Under the pieces are notes generated by a model. The model ran no database searches, was not told the origin of the DNA, and saw nothing but the letters and a program-made list of their open reading frames with translations. The position numbers and the translations under genes were made by a program. From Nannocystis bainbridge (GTDB taxonomy: Bacteria; Myxococcota_A; Polyangia; Nannocystales; Nannocystaceae), in contig NZ_JAQNDL010000003.1 of assembly GCF_028368995.1 (NCBI RefSeq), positions 2,336,001-2,400,000 of the forward strand: a stretch of DNA of 64,000 nucleotides, given 5' to 3'. Positions 52,811 through 61,574 of the stretch are shown here, piece after piece. The stretch's first letter is position 1; each line of letters begins with the position of its first letter.

Positions 52811-53785
52811 CTAGCGCAGCTGCGGCTCGAGGGCGGCCCAGAACCTCGCCTGCATCGTCTCGTCGCCGGTCAGCCCGCCGAGGCGATTGATCTCCTGCAT
52901 GCCGGTCGGGCTGGTCACATTGATCTCGGTGAGGAATTCGCCGAGCACGTCGATGCCGACGAAGAATTGGCCCCGATCGCGCACGAAAGGCCCCACGGCG
53001 GCGCAGATCTCCCGGTCGCGGGCGCTGAGCCGGGTCAGCGCCGCGCTGCCCCCAGCATGGAAATTGTTGCGCAGCTCGCCGTCGGCCGGCACCCGCATCA
53101 CGGCCCCGATCGCCTCGCCGTCCACCAACAAGATGCGTTTGTCGCCGTGCTTCGCGGCGGGCACAAACTCTTGCGCGATGGTCCACGTGCGGCCGTCGTG
53201 GGTCGCCAGTTCGAACAGCGTGCTGAGGTTCGGATCGCCGTCGCGAGCGATCAGCACCTCGCGTCCGCCGAATCCGAACACCGGCTTGAGAATCATCTGC
53301 CCGCCGAGTTCGGCGAGCGCGTCGCGGAGGTCGCCGATCGTGCGCAGCAAGAAGGTGCGCGGGATGAACTGCGGGAAGTCGAGGATCGCCAGCTTCTCGC
53401 TCAGGTCGCGCAGGCCCTGCGGTTGATTGATCACCAGCGTGTGGCTGACCGCCCGGTCGAGGCACCACGTCGCGGTCACGAAATCGGGGTCGACCGGCGG
53501 GTCCTTGCGCATCACCACCACCCGGAAGCTGGCCAGCGCGCGCACCTGCGGGTCGCCGGTCGGGGCGAGCGGCGCGCCGGGCTCGTGCAGCCCGAGCGGG
53601 GTGGCCCGGGCGACGGCGTCGGCGCCGCGCAGCAGCAGCCCCGGCAGCTCGACCGACCACGGCTGGTAGCCGCGCCGCAGCGCCTCGGCGATCATCAGGT
53701 ACGAGCTGTCCTTCTTGGGGTGGATCGTCTCGAGCGGGTCGAGGACGAAGAGCACGTCCCCCCGGGCATGCTTGGCGGTCGGCAT
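52811..53785 (-). CDS. gshB: Glutathione synthetase
   Basis: KDSS, MRKDPP, N.PQGLRD..EKL, ILKP..G.GG, GDKRI, R.N...GG, GIDVLG..LTEINVTSPTG. Confidence 0.95.
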   Translation of the reverse strand: MPTAKHARGDVLFVLDPLETIHPKKDSSYLMIAEALRRGYQPWSVELPGLLLRGADAVARATPLGLHEPGAPLAPTGDPQVRALASFRVVVMRKDPPVDPDFVTATWCLDRAVSHTLVINQPQGLRDLSEKLAILDFPQFIPRTFLLRTIGDLRDALAELGGQMILKPVFGFGGREVLIARDGDPNLSTLFELATHDGRTWTIAQEFVPAAKHGDKRILLVDGEAIGAVMRVPADGELRNNFHAGGSAALTRLSARDREICAAVGPFVRDRGQFFVGIDVLGEFLTEINVTSPTGMQEINRLGGLTGDETMQARFWAALEPQLR

Positions 53786-53870
53786 GGCCCCAGGATACCC
53801 GCTCGGGGGCGGTCCCGCGCCCGCAGGAAATTTGGAGGTGCATGTCCTACATGCACATACTTGTGGACCC

Positions 53871-54374
53871 ATGGCCGCCCGACAACCGCGAGCTGCATCC
53901 GCGCCCAAGGCGCAATTGCCCGAACCGGGCTGGGCGAAGGTCCAAAAGGTCCAGCTCATCCGGCGGGAGATCCGCGAGGTGCTGGCCCCCAGCGCGCTCG
54001 AGCTGCTCTTCAAGTACGGCGAGCTAGTGATCGAGGCCGGGCCGGAGCTCGGTCGCGGCAGGCGCGCGCCAGGCCAGCGGTTCTACGCGACGGTGATGGT
54101 GACGGTCGACCTGCGCCGCTGCGCCGCCCACTTCTGCGAGCCGGCCGACGTGGCGACCGCGGACAAGCTGGCGGAGCTGATGCTGGGGAGCGCGCGGGTG
54201 CGGCAGAAGCTCGTCGTCCTGGCACGAGGTGAGCTGGCGCGACTGGCGGGTGTGCCAGCCGCGCAGCTGCTGGTGGAGATCGATCATCACGTGCGCAGCG
54301 AGGGGCCGCGCGTCTTCATCGACGGCGATGCCATGGTATCGCTGGAGACCGCACGCGAGGCGAGCAAGCGATGA
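53871..54374 (+). CDS. Hypothetical protein
   Basis: 167 aa with GC3 bias; ATGA overlap with the next gene. Confidence 0.7.
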   Translation: MAARQPRAASAPKAQLPEPGWAKVQKVQLIRREIREVLAPSALELLFKYGELVIEAGPELGRGRRAPGQRFYATVMVTVDLRRCAAHFCEPADVATADKLAELMLGSARVRQKLVVLARGELARLAGVPAAQLLVEIDHHVRSEGPRVFIDGDAMVSLETAREASKR

Positions 54375-55363
54375 GCGAGACGAACGAGACCAGCATGGCA
54401 TCGGACCCGTCGGCGCCGTCGGCGTACGCGGTGCGCGACGTGTCGCGCCTGTTCGAGCTGCCCGAGAGCCGCCTGCGCTACTGGGCCCAGACCGGCTTCA
54501 TCAGCCCTTCGATAAGGGTCCGCGGCCGCACCTTCTACAGCTTCCGCGACCTCATCGCCATCAAGGTCGCGCGCGAGCTGCTGGGCGCCGGGATGCCGCT
54601 GCAGCGGGTGCGCCGCAGCCTCGACTCGCTGCGCGTCAAGCTGCCCGAGGTCGACCAACCGCTGTCCCGCCTGCGCGTCCGCTGCGAGCACGAGCGCGTG
54701 GTGGTCGAGGACCAGACCCACAGCTTCGAGGCCGCGACCGGCCAGGTGCTGCTCGACCTCAACGTGCAGACGCTGCATCAAGAGGTCGCGCAGGTGCTGG
54801 CGATGCCGCGCCTGCACGGGCCGACGCCCGAGCGCAGCGCGTACGAGTGGTTCCTCCACGCGTGCGACCGCGAGGCCGCGTGGAGCGGCGACGACCCCGA
54901 CGACCCGGCGTTCACCGAGGCCCGCGAGGCCTACGACCGCGCGCTCGACCTCGACCCCGAGTTCGCCGCGGCCTACACCAACCTCGGCGCGCTGCTGGCC
55001 GCCGTCGGCGACCTCGACGGCGCCCGCGACCACTTCGACCAGGCGCTGCGCTGCGACCCGGGCCAGCACGAGGCCCAGGCCAACCTGGCGGCCCTGGCCC
55101 TCAGGACAGGTGACCCGGAGACGGCGATCGCCGGCTACCGCCAGCTGCTGCGCACCGCGCCCGACTCGCTCGAGGCCCACTACGGGCTGGCCCGCGCGCT
55201 GCTGGCCGTCGGCGGCAAGGGCCAGGCGCTGGCCCACCTCGAGCGCTTCATCGCCGGCGTCGACGGCCTGGCCACCGCCCAGCAGGCCGGCTCGCTGCGC
55301 GAGCGCCGACAACACGCGACCCGGGTGGTCGCCGCCCTCCGCCGCGAGCTCGGCTCGGGCTGA
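54371..55363 (+). CDS. MerR-family HTH + TPR protein
   Basis: YAVRDVSRLF.LPESRLRYW...G.I.P...YSFRDL; TPRs (AYDRALDLDPEFAAAYTNLG). Confidence 0.88.
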   Translation: MSETNETSMASDPSAPSAYAVRDVSRLFELPESRLRYWAQTGFISPSIRVRGRTFYSFRDLIAIKVARELLGAGMPLQRVRRSLDSLRVKLPEVDQPLSRLRVRCEHERVVVEDQTHSFEAATGQVLLDLNVQTLHQEVAQVLAMPRLHGPTPERSAYEWFLHACDREAAWSGDDPDDPAFTEAREAYDRALDLDPEFAAAYTNLGALLAAVGDLDGARDHFDQALRCDPGQHEAQANLAALALRTGDPETAIAGYRQLLRTAPDSLEAHYGLARALLAVGGKGQALAHLERFIAGVDGLATAQQAGSLRERRQHATRVVAALRRELGSG

Positions 55364-55374
55364 CCGGAGCGCCG

Positions 55375-56778
55375 ATGTCCGAGTCCCCGCGGCCGCTGCG
55401 AGCACCCGGACGCGAGCGCTGCCTCGAGCGCCTCGTCGACCAACTCGGCGGCGGTGAGCTCGGCCGCACGTTCGGCCTGCGCCGCCTCGCCGGCCTGCCC
55501 GACCTGCGGGCCCAGGTCCCGCTGCACGACGCCCGCGCCCACGCGGCCCGCGTCGAGCCGCTGCTCGACCTCGACGGCCCGGCCGACGCCGGCGCGGCCG
55601 CCGAGCGCGAGGAGGTCGTGCTGGTCTGGAAGACATGGCTCTCCGAGCATGTCCGATCGAGCATGTCCCCGGGGGCACCCCTGCGCGCCGGCCTGCTGCA
55701 GGCCCGCCGGGCCGACCCCGCGGTCGACGCGATCGCCGAGGACGACCTCGCGGCGCTCGGGGCCGAGGTGCTGCGCCTGCACGCGATCGACGACCCGGCG
55801 GCGGCGCTGGAGCGGCTGGCCGCGTTCGCACCTGGCCTTTTGGTCAGCCCGAGCGCGGCCGCGTTCGCCTGCCTCGAGGAGCAGGTCCGCGGGCCGCTCG
55901 AGCGCCGCCTGCCCGACCTGCGGCTGCTGCTGGCCAGCTTCGACGTGCGCCTGCAACTGCGCGCCCGCGCCGAGCTGCACGCGGCCGGGTGGATCGATCC
56001 GCGCGCGGGCCGGCTCGGGCTGCCGTCGCTGCGCCCGCCGGCCCGCGGCTTCACCCTGGCCCTGGCCAGCGCGATCCTCGAGCTGCTGCCGCCGAGCGAC
56101 GACCGCCGCGGCTCGGCCGAGGCGGCGGCGCTGTGGCCCGAGCACGCGATCGTCGGCGAGCGCTACGAGCTGGTGGTGTCCTCGGGCACAGGTTGCCTGC
56201 GCCTGCGCACCGGCGAGTTCGTGCGCGTGGTCGGCTTCGACCCGCCGACGGCCCTGGTCCCGTTCCCCCGCCCCCGCGTGGTCCGCCTGCCCGCGCCCGA
56301 CCCGGCGGTGCCGCTGGCCGGGCTGTCGCTGCCGGGCGCCGAGCTGGCCGCGAGCGTGCGCGCGGCGTTCCGCCCGGAGGACCCGGCCCTGGTGGCAGCG
56401 ACGGTCCGGCCCGACCCCCAGAGCGTGGCCGACGACCCGTCGCCGGCAGAGTCGCGCCCGAACCACTTCGCCGACACGGAGCTGGGCTCGGCCGACGTGT
56501 CGGGCGTCCGCCAACCACTGCGCGCGACGGGATTGCACGTGCAGGTCGAGGTGCAAGGCGTGGCGCGAGCCGACTTCCGCGCCCGCCTCGGCCGCTCGAT
56601 CGACGACGACCTGATCCGCCGCAGCCCGGCGTACGCCCACCTCCGCGCCGCCCGCCAGCTACGCCCGCCACGGGTCGAGCTGGTCCCGCCGGGCGCGTTC
56701 AAGGAAGCGTGGGACCAGGCAGCGCGCCGCCTCGACCACAAGGTGGCCGGACCCGTCGTGCGAGTGCTCGAGCACTGA
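55375..56778 (+). CDS. GH3 (auxin-responsive acyl-amido synthetase)-like protein, divergent
   Basis: GERYELVVSSGTGCLRLRTGEFVRVVGF and SPAY..LR...QL.PPRV..VPPGAF resemble GH3 C-terminal motifs. Confidence 0.65.
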   Translation: MSESPRPLRAPGRERCLERLVDQLGGGELGRTFGLRRLAGLPDLRAQVPLHDARAHAARVEPLLDLDGPADAGAAAEREEVVLVWKTWLSEHVRSSMSPGAPLRAGLLQARRADPAVDAIAEDDLAALGAEVLRLHAIDDPAAALERLAAFAPGLLVSPSAAAFACLEEQVRGPLERRLPDLRLLLASFDVRLQLRARAELHAAGWIDPRAGRLGLPSLRPPARGFTLALASAILELLPPSDDRRGSAEAAALWPEHAIVGERYELVVSSGTGCLRLRTGEFVRVVGFDPPTALVPFPRPRVVRLPAPDPAVPLAGLSLPGAELAASVRAAFRPEDPALVAATVRPDPQSVADDPSPAESRPNHFADTELGSADVSGVRQPLRATGLHVQVEVQGVARADFRARLGRSIDDDLIRRSPAYAHLRAARQLRPPRVELVPPGAFKEAWDQAARRLDHKVAGPVVRVLEH

Positions 56779-56780
56779 GA

Positions 56781-56810
56781 TGTCCCATGGGACATGTCTA
56801 ACAAGACATG
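56781..56810. repeat. TGTCCnnnnGGACA family array
   Basis: Perfect palindrome TGTCCCATGGGACA followed directly by TGTCTAACAAGACA-TG. Confidence 0.85.
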
Positions 56811-56871
56811 CCCGCCAGGCGCGCGATCTCGACACCTCGCTGCCGCCTGTCGACCGGGCTACGCTGCGGCC

Positions 56872-57495
56872 ATGCACGAGGACGACGCGGTGCTCCTGAG
56901 CGCCTGGGGGGCCGGCGACGGCGAGGCTGGCAGCCGCCTGTTCACCCGCCACTACCGCTCGGTGTACCGCTTCTTCAGCAACAAGCTGGCCAGCCTGGCC
57001 GCGGTCGAGGACCTGGTCCAGCAGACCTTCACCGCCTGCGTCGAGGCTCGCGCGCGCTTCCGCGGCGACGCCAGCTTCCGCACCTTCGTGCTGGCGATCG
57101 CCCGCAACCTCCTGCTCAAGCACCTCCGCGACCGCCGCAAAGACCCGGACATCGACGCCGACGCGGTCTCGCTGGCCGACTGCGGCCTCGGGGCCAGCAC
57201 CGTCGTCGGCATGCGGCGCGAGCAGCAGCTCCTGCTCACCGCCCTGCGGCGGATCGCCATCGACTCGCAGGTCGTGTTCGAGATGACCTACTGGGAGCAG
57301 ATGCCGGCCAGGGAGATCGCCGCGATCCTCGGCGAGACCGAGGCCGCGATCCGCGGCCGCCTGCGCAAGGCCAAGCTCGAGCTGCGCGGCGCGATCGAGG
57401 CCCTCGCGCGCACCCCCGACGAGGTCTCGTCGACGATCGACGGCCTCGACCGTTGGGCTGACGGCCTTCGCAATTACTGGGACGCCGGGCGCTGA
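56872..57495 (+). CDS. ECF sigma-70 factor (paralogue of 50291)
   Basis: D..LL.AW..GD..AG..LF.RHY, EDLVQQTFTAC, EIAAILG....IRGRLRKAK; shared LD.WA..LR tail. Confidence 0.92.
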   Translation: MHEDDAVLLSAWGAGDGEAGSRLFTRHYRSVYRFFSNKLASLAAVEDLVQQTFTACVEARARFRGDASFRTFVLAIARNLLLKHLRDRRKDPDIDADAVSLADCGLGASTVVGMRREQQLLLTALRRIAIDSQVVFEMTYWEQMPAREIAAILGETEAAIRGRLRKAKLELRGAIEALARTPDEVSSTIDGLDRWADGLRNYWDAGR

Positions 57496-57687
57496 GCCGA
57501 GGCGCTCACGCGCCACACCCCGAGGTCACCGTGAAGGCGGCGCCCGAGGCCAGCATCGGCTCGGCGCTGAGGCCCGTGCATCGCGCCAGCGCGGCGCTGG
57601 GACCGCGAAACCGACGATCCGTCTCATTCCATACCGTTCGCACGAATGGCACGAGTCTCGACATGATCGCTGGCGCAGCAATGCACA

Positions 57688-57719
57688 GGGCGCCCATTGG
57701 GCGCCCATTGGGCGCCCAT
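57688..57719. repeat. 11-bp tandem repeat GGGCGCCCATT x3 with palindromic core
   Basis: gggcgcccatt gggcgcccatt gggcgcccat; TGGGCGCCCA is self-complementary. Confidence 0.85.
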
Positions 57720-57791
57720 CGCATTCATCGCATTCGCCAGCGCGATCTCGGCAGTATCCGCCGTCTCGAAGCCTGTGATAGAGAGATTGCC

Positions 57792-58064
57792 ATGGCTGTC
57801 TACATCATCATCTTCGAGGCCAACGACCAGGTCCAGGGCCGGCCGTCCATCCCCGACGAGATCCATCAATACGGCTCCTGGCAGCAGGTCACCGAGCAGA
57901 CCTTCATCCTCATCACGGATCAATCGCCCGGCGACATCTACGACCACCTCAAGGCCGCCCTCGACGGTCACCACAAGCTCTACATCTTCACCCAGAGCGG
58001 GAGCTGGTTCGGCTTCGGCCCGGACGACCTCAACAAATGGGTGTACGACAACGTACCCGGCTGA
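57792..58064 (+). CDS. Small hypothetical protein, possible Cas2/VapD-like ferredoxin fold
   Basis: MAVYIIIFE...EIHQYGSWQQVTEQTFILIT...IYDHLK...KLYIF...W.G....KW; fold call is by pattern only. Confidence 0.6.
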   Translation: MAVYIIIFEANDQVQGRPSIPDEIHQYGSWQQVTEQTFILITDQSPGDIYDHLKAALDGHHKLYIFTQSGSWFGFGPDDLNKWVYDNVPG

Positions 58065-58118
58065 TGCGCTCGATGGGCGTGCTCGACCGAGCATGAATGC
58101 TCATTCTTCATGAGCATG

Positions 58119-58172
58119 AAAAAAGCCGCCGGCGCGCCGCCTCGAGCTCGAGGCAGGCGCGCCGGCGCGGTT
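58119..58172 (-). terminator. Intrinsic terminator downstream of the VOC gene
   Basis: Long GC hairpin (cgccggcgcgcc-gcctcgag/ctcgaggc-ggcgcgccggcg) followed by T6 on the minus strand. Confidence 0.75.
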
Positions 58173-58188
58173 CAGGCGTGGAGCCCGA

Positions 58189-59322
58189 TCAGGACTGCGG
58201 CTTCTGCTTGGCCATCTCGGCCTTCATGCGCTCGGCCATCTGCTCGGGGGTGACATCTTCCTTGTGGGTGGCGATGCCCCAAGCCATGCCCGCGGGGTCG
58301 AGGATCATGCCGTAGCGGTCGCCCCAGAACTGGTCGCCCAGCGGCATGAGCGGCTTGGCGCCGGCCGACTGGGCCCTGGCGAACACCGCGTCGGCGTCGG
58401 TCACGTAGTGGTGGAAGGTCAGCGGCGTGCCCTTGAAGTCGGCGATCGACTTGCTGCCCATCTCGGGGAAGGCGTCGGACAGCATGACGACGCTGTCGCC
58501 GATCGCCAGCTCCGCGTGCATCACCTTCTTGCCGTCGTTCGAAAGCATGCGCGGCGACTTCTCGGTCGCGCCGAACGCGGCCTTGTAGAACTCGATCGCC
58601 GCGTTGGCGTCGGCCACCACGAAGCTCGGGGTGATCGCGTGGTACTCCTTCGGCATCTTCTCGGTCGCCGGGGTGCCGGCGATCTTCTTCCACGCCGGGG
58701 CCGCGCCCTTCTTCGGCTTCTTCTTGGTCGGCGCGAGGGCGATCTTGGCGCGCTCGGCGATCTGCTCGGGCGTCAGGTCCTCGACGTGGCTGGCGATCGC
58801 CCAGCGATGGCCGAACGGGTCGGTGACCTCGCCCCAGCGGTCGCCCCAGAACTGGTCCTCGGCGGGCATCCCGACCTTGGCGCCGGCGGCGGTCAGGGCG
58901 GCGATGGTGGCGTCGACGTCGGGCGAGTACATCAGCAGCAGCGCCGGCGAGCCGCCGAGCGACTGCGGGCCCTTCATGTCGCCCGACTCCTCGTCGATCA
59001 TGAGGATCGAGTCGCCGATCTTGACCTCGGCGTGGATCGCCTTGCCGCCCTCGCCGGGGATCGTCAGCACCTTCGTGGCGCCGAGGTTCTTGGTGTAGAA
59101 CTCGACCGCGTCGTCGACGCCCTTGACGATGATCTGCGGGGTGATCGCGTGGAAACCCTCGGGGATCGGCTTGACCTCGGCCTTGGGCGGCTCGGGTGCC
59201 GGCGCCGGCGGAGCGGAGGCCGTCGAATCAGGGATGGCGGTGTCGGTCTTCGGCGAATTGCTGCAACCCAGGGGGAGCAGCGTCAACGCGATGAACAGGA
59301 CTGAGGGGTGGGTCTTGGTCAT
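58189..59322 (-). CDS. Lipoprotein with tandem VOC/glyoxalase (PhnB-like) domains
   Basis: PLGC lipobox; twice the pattern HAITP...A.EFY...GAT...HAE..IGDS..M..D...DQFWGDR.G...DP.G..W.IA.H. Confidence 0.9.
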   Translation of the reverse strand: MTKTHPSVLFIALTLLPLGCSNSPKTDTAIPDSTASAPPAPAPEPPKAEVKPIPEGFHAITPQIIVKGVDDAVEFYTKNLGATKVLTIPGEGGKAIHAEVKIGDSILMIDEESGDMKGPQSLGGSPALLLMYSPDVDATIAALTAAGAKVGMPAEDQFWGDRWGEVTDPFGHRWAIASHVEDLTPEQIAERAKIALAPTKKKPKKGAAPAWKKIAGTPATEKMPKEYHAITPSFVVADANAAIEFYKAAFGATEKSPRMLSNDGKKVMHAELAIGDSVVMLSDAFPEMGSKSIADFKGTPLTFHHYVTDADAVFARAQSAGAKPLMPLGDQFWGDRYGMILDPAGMAWGIATHKEDVTPEQMAERMKAEMAKQKPQS

Positions 59323-59520
59323 GGGGTGGGGAACCTTGCAAAGCGGCGCGCAAATGTCCAGCGACCTGATCCGTGTTCTTTACGCAAACCCGCATAATTC
59401 GAGCGAAACCCCAGTCGCTGGGGGCCTCGTTGCCCACGGCGAATCGCCGCTGGCCCGAGCATTCGGATTTAACTCTCACGCCGGGCCCAGCCCCGGGGAC
59501 AAACGATATGGCACCGAGAA

Positions 59521-59564
59521 CATGTCCCACGAGACATGTTGAAAATCATCTGTCCCTCGGGACA
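59521..59564. repeat. TGTCCnnnnGGACA family array
   Basis: TGTCCCACGAGACA at 59523 and TGTCCCTCGGGACA at 59551, 28 bp apart. Confidence 0.85.
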
Positions 59565-59739
59565 TCTCACGGGGCATCCCCGACTGCCATCAATCGCGGC
59601 GGTCGCGACCTCGGGTCGCGCGGATGCAGAGGCGCGAACGCGCGAGCTCCCGATCGCGCGCCGCCGGGCCCTGCGCGCCCCCGCGGCGCGGCTTGACGCG
59701 CGCGCGCGCGGCGACGTAGCGTGACCGTGGAGGTCTCTC

Positions 59740-61425
59740 TTGCTGCGCAGCACGTCGCGTCCGCTCCTCTCTCCTGGCGCCCTGGCGCTCGTCCTCGCCG
59801 GCTGCGGCGAACCTGGTGGCCGCGACTCGAGCAGCGATTCGGCGGGCATCACCTCGGTCGCCAGCAACAGCAGCCCCACCGCCGCCACCACCGTCACGCC
59901 GCCCGCCACCACCGGCGAGACCGGCGCCGGCACCAGCAGCACCGGCGACATCACCCCGACCACCGACGGGGTCGACACCACCGGCAACCTCCCCAAGCTC
60001 GACATCGGCGGCGTGCCCGACTTCGCCGGCGACGACACCGAGGGCCCGCCGCTGCCGCTGACCTGCGAGAACATCGCCATGCAGCCCGCGACCAGCGTCG
60101 GCTGCGAGTTCTGGGGCGTCGACCTGCCGATGCTGCAGTACAACGAGCTGGCCTACGGCATCAGCGTCGGCAACATGTCCGAAGAGCCAGCCATGATCAC
60201 GATCGAGGACCTGCGCGGTCCGGGCGGGACCTTGCGGGTGATCACGCAATTGGAGGTCGCGCCCAAGCAGAGCCAGCTCGTCAAGATCAACGGCCTCGAC
60301 GGCGTGGCCCCCGGCGACAACCAGGTCGCCAAGCAAGGCATCACCCCGGCGGCGGCGTTCCGCGTGACCTCGACGGTGCCGGTCACGGCGATGCAGATCA
60401 ACCCGGTCGGCGGCGGCCCCTCGCACGTCGCCGAGGCCAGCCTGCTGCTGCCGCGCCAGGCGCTGGCGACTTCCCACTTCGCGACCTCGTACGCGTGGAT
60501 GTTCGGCACCTGGACGGTGGTGGTCGCGGTCGAGGACGATACGACGATCACCACCTCGAACGGCGACGCCGCGCTCGACGCCTTCGGCGCCTGGACCTTC
60601 ACGCCCGGCAGCGACACCACCGCGTTCTTCGTCGGCTCCGACAAGCCGGTGGCCGTGTTCTCGGGCACCGACTGCGTGCTGATCCCCGGCGACCCGTGGT
60701 ACGCTTGCGACCACCTCGAGGAGCAGATGGTGCCGCTGGCCTCGTGGGGCACCAGCTACGTCGGCGCCCGCCACCCGCAGCGCGTGCCCGGCATCAACCC
60801 CGCGCCCGAGGAGGTCCGCTGGCGGATCGTCGGCGCCGTCGACGGCACCTCCGTCAACCTGCAGCCGCCGCAGCCCGGCGTCGGCGGCACGCTCAACATC
60901 GCCAAGGCCGGCCAGATCGTCGAGTTCGCCAGCACCGAGAGCTTCGTCGCCACCGGCGACCAGCCGTTCCAGCTGCTGCAATTCATGACCGGCTGCTACA
61001 ACGTGATCAAGCAGACCGGCGATCCGAACAATTGCAGCCAGGGCCCGACCGGCGACCCGTACATGATCCAGGTGCCGCCGATCGAGCAATGGATGACGGC
61101 GCTGCCGTTCCTCACCGATACCTCGTACCCCCGCGATTTCGCCATCCTGATGCGCGAGGCCGGGACGACGATCGAGCTGGCCTGCCTCGGCGTGGTCTCC
61201 GACGACCACTTCACCGCGATCCCCGGCACCAACTACGAGGTCGGCTACGTCGAGCTCGACGACAACAGCGGCGAGGGCGACTGCGGCGACGGGGCCCACT
61301 TCATCAGCGCCGACGCCCCGATCGGGGTGATGGTGGCCGGCCTCGACTGGGCCACCTCCTACGGCTACCCCGGGGGCCTCAACTTCAAGTCGCTGTGGGT
61401 CCCGCCGACCGAGCCGCCGGGCTGA
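59740..61425 (+). CDS. IgGFc-binding-protein N-terminal domain lipoprotein
   Basis: LAGC lipobox; Thr-rich linker; GCEFW.VDL, EASLLLP, SDKPVAVFSG..C, CDHLEEQM.P...WG..Y, GDP.M and SYGYPGG. Confidence 0.85.
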   Translation: MLRSTSRPLLSPGALALVLAGCGEPGGRDSSSDSAGITSVASNSSPTAATTVTPPATTGETGAGTSSTGDITPTTDGVDTTGNLPKLDIGGVPDFAGDDTEGPPLPLTCENIAMQPATSVGCEFWGVDLPMLQYNELAYGISVGNMSEEPAMITIEDLRGPGGTLRVITQLEVAPKQSQLVKINGLDGVAPGDNQVAKQGITPAAAFRVTSTVPVTAMQINPVGGGPSHVAEASLLLPRQALATSHFATSYAWMFGTWTVVVAVEDDTTITTSNGDAALDAFGAWTFTPGSDTTAFFVGSDKPVAVFSGTDCVLIPGDPWYACDHLEEQMVPLASWGTSYVGARHPQRVPGINPAPEEVRWRIVGAVDGTSVNLQPPQPGVGGTLNIAKAGQIVEFASTESFVATGDQPFQLLQFMTGCYNVIKQTGDPNNCSQGPTGDPYMIQVPPIEQWMTALPFLTDTSYPRDFAILMREAGTTIELACLGVVSDDHFTAIPGTNYEVGYVELDDNSGEGDCGDGAHFISADAPIGVMVAGLDWATSYGYPGGLNFKSLWVPPTEPPG

Positions 61426-61442
61426 TCGCCGCGTCCTCGATC

Positions 61443-61496
61443 TGTCCTGAGGGACATGTCACCCGTGCATTGTGGGGACATGTCCTTTCGGACATG
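61443..61496. repeat. TGTCCnnnnGGACA family array
   Basis: TGTCCTGAGGGACA at 61443 and TGTCCTTTCGGACA at 61481. Confidence 0.85.
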
Positions 61497-61574
61497 CCGT
61501 CCTCGCCGGCCCCGCGCCAGATCACGCCGCGCAAATTTCGCAAGCGCGGCGCCGCTCTGCTACTCTCTGCCCCG

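Noticed and set aside
57792-58064. CRISPR-Cas locus
   Set aside because: Only a weak Cas2-like pattern; no cas1, array or other cas genes in the window.
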